A DNA stretch of 64,000 bases from Eledone cirrhosa. Taxonomy: Eukaryota. The first letter of the stretch is position 1, and every line of letters begins with the position of its first letter. Of this stretch, positions 27,880 through 41,700 are shown one piece after another. The stretch lies in contig OZ024747.1 in the NCBI GenBank assembly GCA_964016885.1, positions 88,412,001-88,476,000 on the forward strand. The letters run 5' to 3'. The position numbers and the translations under genes were made by a program. Below the pieces are notes generated by a model. The model saw only the letters and a list, made by a program, of their open reading frames with translations, was not told the origin of the DNA and did no database searches.

Positions 27880-29930
27880 AACATTAGAATTTAGAACACT
27901 ATGCTATTCGTTGGTTTGGTAAAAATATTATATATACTTTAAGATCTTCGGTTACTAAGTTACTTGAAAATTTAAGATTATAGTTCATGATAGTGTCGTT
28001 CTTTTTTCTTAAAATCATTCTAGTTTATTCTATATAATTCTTTCCTCGCCCTCAACACGTTATTATGTACTTTGATTTCCGAAAGCAGATATAATAATAA
28101 TTTTATTTTTTTTATATTGTCCTTGTTTAAAATAGAATTCTCATTCTCCGGCCAAGTTAAACCTTATTCCACAGTTGGATCACTTGCGTCTTTTAACTGT
28201 TGGTTTTGTTGTCTTTGAACATTATTTCGAATTTGCTAACATTCTCTTGTATGATTATAATAGTACGTGTTTGTAAAACGCGTGTTATTCTGGCACACAT
28301 TTTCATCATCGGTACATTAAAAATAATAATACAGATTTTGTTGTTTCTAGGATTATTTATTGTAAAACTTTCAATTTAGGTATAGAATGTAGTTTTGCTT
28401 TTTTTATTATCCAAATATCAATTGTCTTGGTTGTATTCTCATTCTATTATCAATTAAGGGTGGTACATATCATATCTGTATATCATTAAGTTTTAAAGCC
28501 GTTTAGGCACAAAAATTGTGCATTTCCTTTAAACTAAATTAAAAGGTATATTTATTCTAGTCTGATTCAAGATGCATGAATAATGGATATTACTGCAAAT
28601 CTGAATGTTTCAATTTGACTGCTGATTTCCATTACTAAAATATTTACAAATTATAATTTCGTTTAAATGTTTTCCATTGTGTATAGTGTATTATAACTTA
28701 TTTCATTTAGTAATTTTTTTAATCATTTAATTCTTTGTATTTTTATTTATAAAATAAAGTAATATTATATATATTTCCAGTTCCTTTTGATAGAAGGAAT
28801 TTCCATATTCTGTATCGATTCTTGATACATTGTAGTTTCCAAATATATCATACCTGATTTGCAAAGGTTGATGATACTTTGGTGCACAGAATTGTGTCGA
28901 TAATGGCTAACAGTTAAATGTGAAGTAGTTATGTTGGAGAATAAATTATAACCCTCCAAGTATTAAGTATTTTTCTATACGTACCGGAAACTCATCTACA
29001 AAACTCTCCAACCAGAATTTCATGATAATTAGGATTGTTTGCATATAAATTCACTACATCAAAAGATAAGTAATTTCTTTAATTATTTGTTTCCAGAAGG
29101 CGATTCAGCATACCTAGGTCATCTCTTATAAAAATGTGAACGTATTTAAGAAATTATTTCAGTATGATGGCTAAACGATTACTCAGATGGTGGGCATCAC
29201 ATGTTGGACCCGCTACTATTGATCTTAATTTTAAATCATTTAACACATATAATTATGGATCCTTGATATACTTCACTTATTTTTCTTTTGTGAATTTTTG
29301 AAAAGCCAAAGTAAAGACTAGATTTACGTTCTTTATCGGTTAATTCTTTTCGACACACGAGTAAGAAGACTACAATATGTTTTTATTACTTTCTGTTGGT
29401 TTTAGTCTTCAATGTTTCCCTAGTAGATATTGATTTTAGCATTGGAAAAAAAATTATAATAATACTCAGTAGCTATTAATGCAACGGCACCCCCTTTGTC
29501 AGTTTCATTAATTGTCAATTCATATTTATTTATCAATTCAATCGTATTCTAATTCAATAGTGTTGAAATTTGATTGACTTCTTTTTTTATGTATTATATT
29601 ATGTGGAGAATCCAAAATGTCGTCAATAAAAAAATGAAGTGCTTATTCCAATCTTTTGACGAAGAAGAGTTACTTCTATGTTTAACAAGTGATTTATCAT
29701 TGCTATTTTGATTAGATAAGTATTTTGTGAGCTGAAATTTTCTACAGAATTCTAAAATATTTAATTATATCTCAGACGGGTTGGGGTAAATTGAAGCCCT
29801 TTTGCTCCTATACTGATTTGTTGTATTCCTAATGTTTATTACTTTTAGTTTATCTTATTTGATTGCTTCCACTGCGTATATCTGTTCCTCTACACAGGGT
29901 AAAGAACGGTTACCATAATTTGCATTGGTT
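27880..29930 (-). pseudogene. Decayed Penelope-like element ORF (RT plus GIY-YIG region)
   Basis: Colinear minus-strand motifs KGLQFTPT (~29790), TINETDKGGAVALI (~29490), LKLRSIVAGPTCDAHHLSN (~29210), SFDVVNLYANNP (~29050), NNPRN (~28345) and a C-x-G-x-G-K-N-Y-I-like endonuclease motif (~28040). Many stops and frameshifts. Confidence 0.82.
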
Positions 29931-30559
29931 TAAATTGTCAGTATTTCAAGCTCCATTAGAGTAGATTGCAGAAAGGAAACAAGAACCATGGATGAAGGAT
30001 TCCTGAAAGGTTCAAATTCACAAATTTCTATTACACACACACACACATATATATACTCTATATATATATAACTTGAATTATTGCGTTTACTTAGCATGGT
30101 CACAATTGATTATTCGAATTATTATCTACTATCACCTCGCCTTCGACACAACCACCACCATATAGCCGACTAGTTTTATTCGAATCGTTGCCTTGGTTAT
30201 TTTGTTAATATAAAACGTAATTTACTCCTCTTGTACTCAATAATCATCTTCTTAATTTTATTAACGTATTGCTTGTTTTTATCGTCGTGGTTATTGAATG
30301 CTATGTTAGACTTGCCATTCATTCATCGTTCCTGCACACATTTTATTACAAAAACGTTTCTATAAGAGAAAGCGATATAATTGATATTAATGATCCCACT
30401 GGGACTTTTATCTGAAATAGAACTGAATGACCGTAAGCTTTAGTTAACTGATACGTATTTTAACAACGCAAACAAGCTGAACGATTATGTCAACCAAAGT
30501 TGATGTTGCAATTGAAACCTAAGAAACACAGCTAGATACTATATAGTGAGAAGGACAAA

Positions 30560-30965
30560 TGCTTAGTTGTATTTGTTCCGGCTCTTTGCGTTCTGAGTTC
30601 TAATACTGCCGAGAACAACTTTGCCTTTCATCATTCCGGGGTCGGGCGTCAATAAAATAAAGCACCAATTACGTACTGGGTTCGATGTAATCGACATTCC
30701 TCTCCCCAACAAATTGTTGGCCTTGGGTCTTCTCGTAGAATCATTAAAGCGTCGGATAAAATGATTTGTAGCATTTAGTTACGGCCCTTTAATTTCTGAG
30801 TTCAAATCCCACCGAGGTTAATTTTGCCTTCTATCCTTAAAGGGTCGATAAAATAAAGTACCAGTAACTCACTGGGGTCAATTTAATCGACTTGTCCCCC
30901 CCCCCCCCCCACCACCACCACCACACTTAATTCTCTGGACCTTGTGCCTAAATCAGAAAAAAATT
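30560..30965 (+). mobile_element. Two tandem older SINE copies (long variant)
   Basis: TTCTGAGTTC and the central domain at ~30592 and ~30794. Confidence 0.8.
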
Positions 30966-31439
30966 ATTTCTTCTTCAGCAATGTCATGCGAATTTCTGTT
31001 TCATCCCCTAGTGCAACTCCGTTGAGTGTGTTCTTATTTTTATGTGGGCAGGGAAATATAGATCCATCCTGCATCTTGTTTTTTCTTGTGTTATTTTATT
31101 GTTTGTTCTATTGTGTATGGTATATGCAATTTCGAGTTTTCTTATGTTGTTGAGTATTAATATTGGAAAAGCTCCATCAAAATATAAATATATATATTCT
31201 ATTAGACAGATTCGTTACTAAAACTATTACACTCATCACCAGAAATGGACATAAGAAATCATAGCGGCAAGATTACCAAGGGTCAACGAGAAAAAGTACA
31301 AGATGGACAAAAACAAAGCGCTGGTCAAAGCTATTTTTAGACCACCCTAAATGGTCCCATGTCATACAGGTGACCAGTGCCTCAATAGTGAAAGAAAATA
31401 ATAAGAAAAAAATTACAAAATGAAAAGTGATACAAGTTG

Positions 31440-32470
31440 TACTAAACAATAAATAGCTGATAAACAAAACCAGACAAAGATTCAATCATGCAGGCAACAG
31501 AGAGCACTGTTTAGCTTAGATAGAAAGCGGGGCTATAAACGGGAAGGAGTGAAGGTTATGGCATTAATATTTGAAACATTTTGGTGAAAACGAACCTATG
31601 TATAACACAAGCAATAGCTGAGTAGTAGAGTACGTAGCAACAATTGAAATAGAAATTGAAAAAAATTTCCCAAAGCATTATAAAATCTGATTGTATGCTT
31701 GCTGGAATAGCAGGAACTTGAAAAGAACTATCAAGGCTAACATCCAAAACGTTTGGTCATTGCCATTTGGTGTATTGCACTTCCAGATAAAGGATATCTT
31801 TAACATCTGAAACAATTCGAATTAAGTACCTAGCCTCCTTAACTGTAGCAAACCTGTCCAGGAATGAAATCTAACTATAACCCCAACATCTATGCCGGTA
31901 ATCTATAAACTGTTATCTAAAATTATATTTAACAGAATAACTGAACATTAATAAAATCAATACCTGTTGAGCAGAAGATGTGTATATTCTTACGGAATAA
32001 TCTCACATTTCTTGTTACTGGTTGATGCCAACATACGAAAGGAAACAGTTTTGATCTTGGATCATCTATAAGAAGGCTTATCAACAGAATGGAATTATAC
32101 AAATTTGATGACACCAACGTAACCTTTATTAAAACGACAATGAAGAAGAAAGATACACACTGTGAACAACAGTGCCGTGACTCTAAACTTCAGTCTGACA
32201 AGAACATGTATTGAAATATTTCAAGGCGAAAGTCATCGTTTCCTTCGAAACTTGTATAATAATTTCCAAGAGAGCTTCTTTGAGTTGGTTTGAAGTACTA
32301 GAAATACCGACCAAATTTCATTTAAATGGCATCCTATTATATAAAAAAAGGAGCACCACATCTGATAAAGGTAGTCATAGATTCAAAATGTCTGACGAGT
32401 TGTAATAGTCACGCCTGGAATGTACACTCGTCAGAGTAGTAGATGATCGAGGTTTAAACGAAAAACAACT
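31440..32470 (+). mobile_element. Highly degraded LINE remnant, probably RTE-like
   Basis: Weak motifs only (IKYLAS-like near 31820; a zinc-finger-like and RTE-tail-like end near 32385-32460). Confidence 0.3.
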
Positions 32471-32534
32471 ATAACTTAAACACCACCAAATGCCCTCCAC
32501 TACCATGACCACCACTACTACTACAGACATTATA

Positions 32535-33470
<936 letters not shown>

Positions 33471-33864
33471 CTCATATAAGTGAGAGGGGGGGAAACAAAA
33501 TAGAGAGCAATTATTAAAAAGATTAAAGACATTTTTGAGATCCCATGTGTTAAATTGGCAGATTATAAAATATTCACATCTGACGACAATTTTGTTTTTG
33601 TCCCGAGTCAGTACCGTTTGGATAGCATTTCTAATTAATATTTCTCTGGAATGTGGAGATCAAAGTGTTTTTTACATAAATAAATTCTCTACAGATATAC
33701 TTACACATACACAATTCGATACAATAAACGCATATAAATAAATGCATACACACAGATATATTGGCAGAATTAAATTAAGATTAATGACTTTAAAAAGGTC
33801 TAAATATATTACTATAAATTATCAATAAATGAATAAAATATAAATAAATAATGCATCATATATA

Positions 33865-33925
<61 letters not shown>

Positions 33926-34116
33926 ATGTATATGGTAAATATCTTTAAGTCGTTTGGAAGCCTCGACAATGCAAATGGGTAAATCTCCGGGTAACAAGAT
34001 CCGATGTAAGTGGGTGTACGTTGAGATGCGTGGTGTGTATAAGACGTGTAGAGGAATGAAAGAAAGAGTATAAAGGATAAAATTAAAATAACAACACGAG
34101 AGAGAGTTACCTTGGG

Positions 34117-34370
34117 AGAGATTTAATTGTCCCTATATATTTCGGATTCACATCCATCTACTGGGGGGTTTTTTTCCGGGGTGGGAGAAAGGTTGTCTGT
34201 CGGAAAGGTACGAAACGCGTCCTCCGCTGTTTGTTGTTTTGAATATTCAAAACAACAAACAGCGGAAGACGCGTTTCGCACCTTTCCGACAGACAACCTT
34301 TCTCCCACCCCGGAAAAAAACCCCAGTAGATGGATGTGAATCCGAAATATATAGGGACAATTAAATCTCT
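34117..34370. repeat. 254-bp near-perfect spacerless palindrome with terminal hammerhead-like motifs
   Basis: Centre GAAT|ATTC at 34244/34245. Each arm ends CCC-CAGTAGA-t-GGAT gtga ATCC-GAAA-TATA-TA-GGG-AC-AATTAAA. Confidence 0.95.
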
Positions 34371-34455
34371 ACTGCGCCTGCTTTCTTTTCCCTGTCCCAT
34401 ATCATAATATCTGGTCTATTATGCCTGCATTTTATTGGGGTTTTTACTGGAACAT
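34371..34455 (-). mobile_element. R4/Dong RLE fragment
   Basis: DNA homologous to 12945-13028; encodes [23 protein letters not shown]. Confidence 0.8.
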
Positions 34456-35390
<935 letters not shown>

Positions 35391-35719
35391 GATACTAGGC
35401 CGAACAAACCACCAACGGATCTAGTAGTTTATTGTTTGAAACAGTAAGATTGTTACATGCATTGTTTCATGAGAAGCATAAGGAGCACCTCTGTTTCTTA
35501 GAAGCTCGAAGAACATTGAAGTTTTGGGTACTTTGATCGAGTCGTCATCCTCGGCCAACTTTATAAAACAAAGATAATTTATCCCAAAGTTTTGGAATAC
35601 ACTACTAAGTGAAAAATACCATCTCGCTATAATTCCTATATCATTGACAATACAGACACTCTAATTCATTAGTAATATAGTTTGTAGTGTGCGCTAAACT
35701 CCACATTATTATACATTAT

Positions 35720-36025
35720 AGGGCGGTGAATTGGCGGTATCGGTAGAGGATTGGACGCAATGCTTTCTAGCATAGTTACGTCCCTTTACGGTCTGAGTTC
35801 AAATCCCGTCGAGGTTAACTTTGCCTTTCATCCTTACGGGGTCGATAAAATAAAGTACCAGTAATGTACTGTGTAATTGCTGGCCTTGTGTTAAGAGTAG
35901 AAACAATTATTATACATTATTATTTTGATGCAATACTTGCCTTTCATCCTTACGGGGTCGATAAAATAAAGTACCAGTAATGCACTGGGTAATTTCTGGC
36001 CTTGTGCCTAAAGTAGAAACAATTA
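35720..36025 (+). mobile_element. Full SINE plus a 5'-truncated SINE, each with a TSD
   Basis: TSD ATTATTATACATTAT flanks copy 1; TSD ATTATTTTGATGCAATACT flanks the truncated copy (~35937-36022). Confidence 0.9.
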
Positions 36026-36482
36026 TTTTGATGCAATACTCAGGCACCACCGGGTGGAGCTGCTTGTGTTAAAATAAGAGAGAAAGAACCGGTTATGACG
36101 TTGAAAATGAGTGAGCGACTGAGAGAAACAAAGAAAAAGAGAGGAAAATAGAGAGAGAGGAGAGAGCGAGAGAGGAAGGATGTGGGACATGGCATTAAGT
36201 ATTTAAAAATAGAACAAAAAAGAAACAAAATGACAGTAAGAAGTGTTGAGGATCAAACGACCAAGACGAAAAATGGATAGAAAACTAAGTATCTTGAAGT
36301 ATTAATTGTTTTATAGAATGGAGCGGATATTGCAAAAGTTTCCATGGAAAATATCTATTGTAAATATTCTTAAATCTATAACTAACTTGTATGCGTTTCG
36401 TGTCCTTTCAGTCTTTCAAACTAGTATAAATTAACCGCCAATAAATCTTTGAAGAAAACTATAAAATGTTCTCCCACTTACG

Positions 36483-36485
<3 letters not shown>

Positions 36486-36569
<84 letters not shown>

Positions 36570-36695
36570 TATACATATATATACATATATATATATGTGT
36601 GTGTATATATGTATATATATATGTATATATATATGTGTATATATATGTGTGTGTATATATATATGTTTGTATATATACATATGTCTGTATATATG

Positions 36696-36744
<49 letters not shown>

Positions 36745-36868
36745 GTATATATATATGTGTATATGTATATATATATGTGTATATGTATATATATATATGT
36801 GTGTGTATATATATATGTATATATATATATGGCTATATATATATATATGTATATATATATGCATACAT

Positions 36869-36902
<34 letters not shown>

Positions 36903-36906
36903 ATGT
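36486..36906. repeat. (TA)n/(TATG)n microsatellite
   Basis: Direct read. Confidence 0.97.
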
Positions 36907-37941
36907 GTTGTTATACTTGGGGAGGGTCATATTTGTGTAATATTGCCAGAATTAATAACAGAACACACTTACTGTTTGGTTGGTTTTCGCTTTTCGCTTC
37001 TGTGTCTTTTATATCGGTAATCTAATTTATTCGGTCCTCAATGTTGCCATTGACTGCCCAACGGTCAAAATAATACAGATACAATATAGACACAAACACA
37101 TATATATAGTTTATCAAAGTTCTTTCGTTGCACATCTGCAACATCGGCAGTGGTGCTATTGTTTCCTCCCGTTACAATGTATGTCTACATATATGTGTAT
37201 ATATATATATATATGTATAGATATATATGTATATATATATATCTATATATATATATGTATATATATATTTAAAGGTTAAACAAGGTTCAATGAATAAATG
37301 AAAGAATAAAGTTTTCCAATAGATTAGAAGCACTCCATAGAAATGGTTTTATTCATTCACAAAGCTATGCCCAAATGTATATTTATTTATTTTTATATAT
37401 TTTTGCATCATCTAATAATACGCTATTTATCCACGAGAATACAAATCTCCCTCCCTATGCTTTATACTATAAAAATTATTCTTCCATGTCTCTCTATCCT
37501 TAATCAATTTTCTTTTGCTTTAGTGCATAAGATATTTCTATACTTCTAGTAACTATCCTTTTCCTCATCTGTTTCTCTCTCTGTCTTTCTTCTTTCTTCA
37601 ATAATTTAAATTATTTGAATCTCTAACAGTTGTGAAAATTCCTATTATATAAGTTAGCTGGTTATTATTATGTATTTTTATAAGCTTTCTCACAGGCACC
37701 ATCTGTATTATATGTAATTTTTTCATGTCTCAATCTTAAGGTATATAAATATTGAGTTTTGTCATATCTTATTCACTGCCATGACTGAATTTTAACCATC
37801 TACTTAGTCAGGGTATGTCATGCATCATCTTATTTTATCTGATGAGGACGTACTGTTGCAGATAGCTCAGTACCTCTGAAATATGTATAATAAAATGTAC
37901 TTGATCACACGAATGTCTATTTTTGTTAATATTTTGAATTA

Positions 37942-38023
<82 letters not shown>

Positions 38024-38222
38024 CACTTTCATGTTACACACTATATATAAACTGGGATTTATATTTTGCGTTAGTGCCATATTAAGCTGAAAACGATATA
38101 TTCGTATCTTAAAAAATATTTTTTTTAGATCACATTGTTCTAGATATTATTAAAATTATTAAATCTATTTTCAATTTGCACGAACACTTGCATATACTAC
38201 ATACATACATTTATATAGACAC

Positions 38223-38624
38223 TAACACAAATATTAGCATATACATAATTTCTTAGTCATTGAGGATGTGTTTTTATACATACATATGCATATTGCATAC
38301 ATACATACACACATACAAGCATATACATAGACATACACACACACATATATATACACACACTGTATATATATATACATACACACACACACACATATATATA
38401 TATATACACACACACTATATATATATATATATAGTGTGTGGTGTATATATATATATATGTGTGTGTGTGTATGTATATATATATACAGTGTGTGTATATA
38501 TATGTGTGTGTATGTGTATGTATATGCCTGTATGTGTGTATGTATGGATGCAATATGCATATGTATGTATAAAAAACACATCCTCAATTACTAAGAAAAT
38601 ATGTATATGCTAATATTTGTGTTA
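38223..38624. repeat. ~400-bp palindrome centred on (TA)n
   Basis: TAACACAAATATTAGCATATACATAATTTCTTAG... mirrored by ...CTAAGAAAATATGTATATGCTAATATTTGTGTTA; the arms are slightly diverged. Confidence 0.92.
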
Positions 38625-38747
38625 TATATATATATATATATATATATACGCACACACTATATATATATATATACACACACACTATATATATATATATACA
38701 CACACACTATATATTATATATATATATATATACTTATATATATATAA

Positions 38748-41700
38748 ATCCCATTAAAAACCACATTAAAAATTCAATTAAAAATCTATTTTGAAAAACC
38801 CATTAAAACCCCCATTATAAGCTCATAAAACACTCCATTAAAACCCCAACCAAACCCCCCATTAAAACACAATTAAAACATCATTAAGAATGCCAATAAA
38901 AGCGCCATTAAAAACCACATTGGAAACCCATAAAAACCCAATCAAAACAAAATTTAAGGCTCAATTAAAAGCCCCCATTAAAACTCCATTAAAACCCCCA
39001 TTAAAATTGACCCCCCCCCATCGAAAACACATTTAAACCGAAATAAAAACTCAATTAAAACGCAATTAAAAACTCAATTAAAACACCATTAAAAACACAA
39101 TTAAAAGCCCATTTAAACCAATTAAAATTGCATTAACACACCACTAAGGTTCCATTGGAAAACCATTAAAAATTTCATTAAAAACTACACTGAAAACCCA
39201 TTAAACCCCCATTAAAAACACACCCAAAACTTTATAAAAAAAACCAATAAAAAAACCCCATTAAAATACCATTAAAACGCCATAAAACACCATTAAAACT
39301 CAATTAAAAACTCCATTTGAATCTCCATTATAAACTCAATTAAAACTCCATTAAAACTCAATTAAAAACTCCATTAAAAACACACACACATGAAGTTACA
39401 TGCTGGCTTGCACACTTATAGCGATTGCTATTTCCTTTTAATTTCATTAAAACTAGGATGTTTTAGAAAGATAAAAACAAAACTGAATAATGAAGAGACT
39501 AGGGAGGGGTAAAGAAAGGCAGATCAGGCTGTAGAGGACAGTAGGGGGAGAAGAGGGAAGGGACTAGGGAGGGGTAAAGAAAGGCAGATCTGGCTGTAGA
39601 GGACAGTAGGGGGAGAAGAGGGAGAAATAAACTAAATTATAAACTAAGTTATAAACTAAATTATAAACTAAATTAAAAACTCAATAAAATAAAATAAAAT
39701 AAAATAAAATAAAATAAAAAAAATAAAAAAAACTAAAAAATAAAAAAAACTAAAAAAGACTAAAAAAAATAAAATAAAATAAAACAAAATAAAATAAAAT
39801 AAAATAAAATAAAAAAAAATAAAAAAAAATAAAAAAAAATAAAAAAAAATAAAAAAAAATAAAAAAAAAATAAAAAAAAATAAAAAAAAATAAAAAAAAA
39901 TAAAAAAAAATAAAAAAAAATAAAAAAAAATAAAATAAATAAAATATAAAAAATAAATAAAATAAAATAAAATAAAAACTCAATTAAAAACTCAGTAAAA
40001 ACTCAATTAAAAACTCAATCGAAGCACCATTAAAACACCATTAAAAACGCCATTATAAACCCACTAAACCCATTAAAAATCAATTAAAAATTCCATTACA
40101 CATCCCATTAGAAATTTCATTAAAAACTCAATTAAAAGTTCCATTGAAAACACATTCAAAACCCATTAATCCCATATTAAAAGTTCATAAAACTCTATTA
40201 AAAACCCAATAACAAACCCATTAAAACGCCATTAAAACGCCACAAAACAAATAAAATGCCATAAAAAAGCAATTAAAACATCACAAAAAGCCCAATTAAA
40301 AAACCATTAATAATTTCATTAAAAATTCCATAAAAATCCATTAAAAACTCCACTAAAAGCCCATTAAAAAGTTCATTAAAAGCCATATTATAAATTTCAA
40401 AAAAACAATTGAAAACCCCATTATTTATGAGCTTTTTTATGAGTTTTTAATAGTGTTTTAATTCCGTTTCTAATTGCGTTTAAAATTGGGTTTTAATGGA
40501 TTTTTAATGGTGTTTTAATGGAACTTTAATAGGGTTTTCAATGCTGTTTAATGGGGTTTTTTATGGAGTTTTTAATTGGGTTTTCAATGGTGTTGTTTAT
40601 GAGTTTTTAATGGTGTTTTTAAATGGGTTTTTAATGGAATTTTTGATTGCCTTTTTAATGAAATTTTTAATAGATTCAATGAGGTTTTAATGGAGTTTTT
40701 AATGGTATTTTTAATGGCGTTTTAATTGTGTTTTTATGGTGTTTAAATGAGTTTTAATGATTTTTAATTGGGTTTTTAATGGAGTATTTTTAATGAGCTT
40801 TTAATGGATTTTTCAATTGGATACTTAATGGGTTTTAATGGAATTTATAATAAGGGTTCTAATTGACTTTAAATGTGATTTTTAATAGAGTTTTTAATGA
40901 AATTTCTAATGGTGTTTTTAATTGCGTTTCCCCCGTGAGGGTTTTAATGGCATTTTAAATGACGTTTTAATGAGTTTTTATGATGTTTTAATGGCGTTGT
41001 AATTGTTTTTTATTGGGTTTTTTAATTTTGTATGAGCTTTTAATGGGGGTTTTCAATGTTGTTTTTAATGGAGTGTTTAATGGAATTTTAATGGGCGTTT
41101 AATAAAAAAAATTGCTTTTTAATTTAATTTTTAATGCGTTTTTGATGGTGTTTAAGTGCGTTCATGACGATCTTTTTTTAATGGATTTTTAATGGGGTTT
41201 TAATTGAATTTTTAATGGTGTTTTCAATGTAATTTTTAATGACAGTTTAATGGTGTTTTAATGACGTTTTAATTGTGTTTTTATGGTGTTTTAGTGACGT
41301 TTAAATAGGATTTTTAATTGTTTTTTTAATTGAGTATTTTTATGAGTTTTGACTGGTGTTTTAATGGGTTTTTCAATATTGCATTTAATGGAATTTTTAA
41401 TATGGTTTCAAATGGAATTTTTAATGTGTTTTTAATTGGGTTTCTAGTGACGTTTTTAATGGTACTTTAAATGACGTTTTAATGACTTTTATGGCGTTTT
41501 ATTGGGTTTTTTAATTGGGTTTTTAATGTAGTTTTTTTTTAAGATCTTTAATGGGGATTTTATGGGTTTTCAATGCGGTTTTTAATGGCATTTTAATGGA
41601 GTTTTTGTTGTGATTGTTAATGGTATTAGTGACATTTTAATGTGTTTTAATGGGTTTGTAATGGTGTTTTAAGCGAGTTTCTGATTTAGTTTAAATTTAA

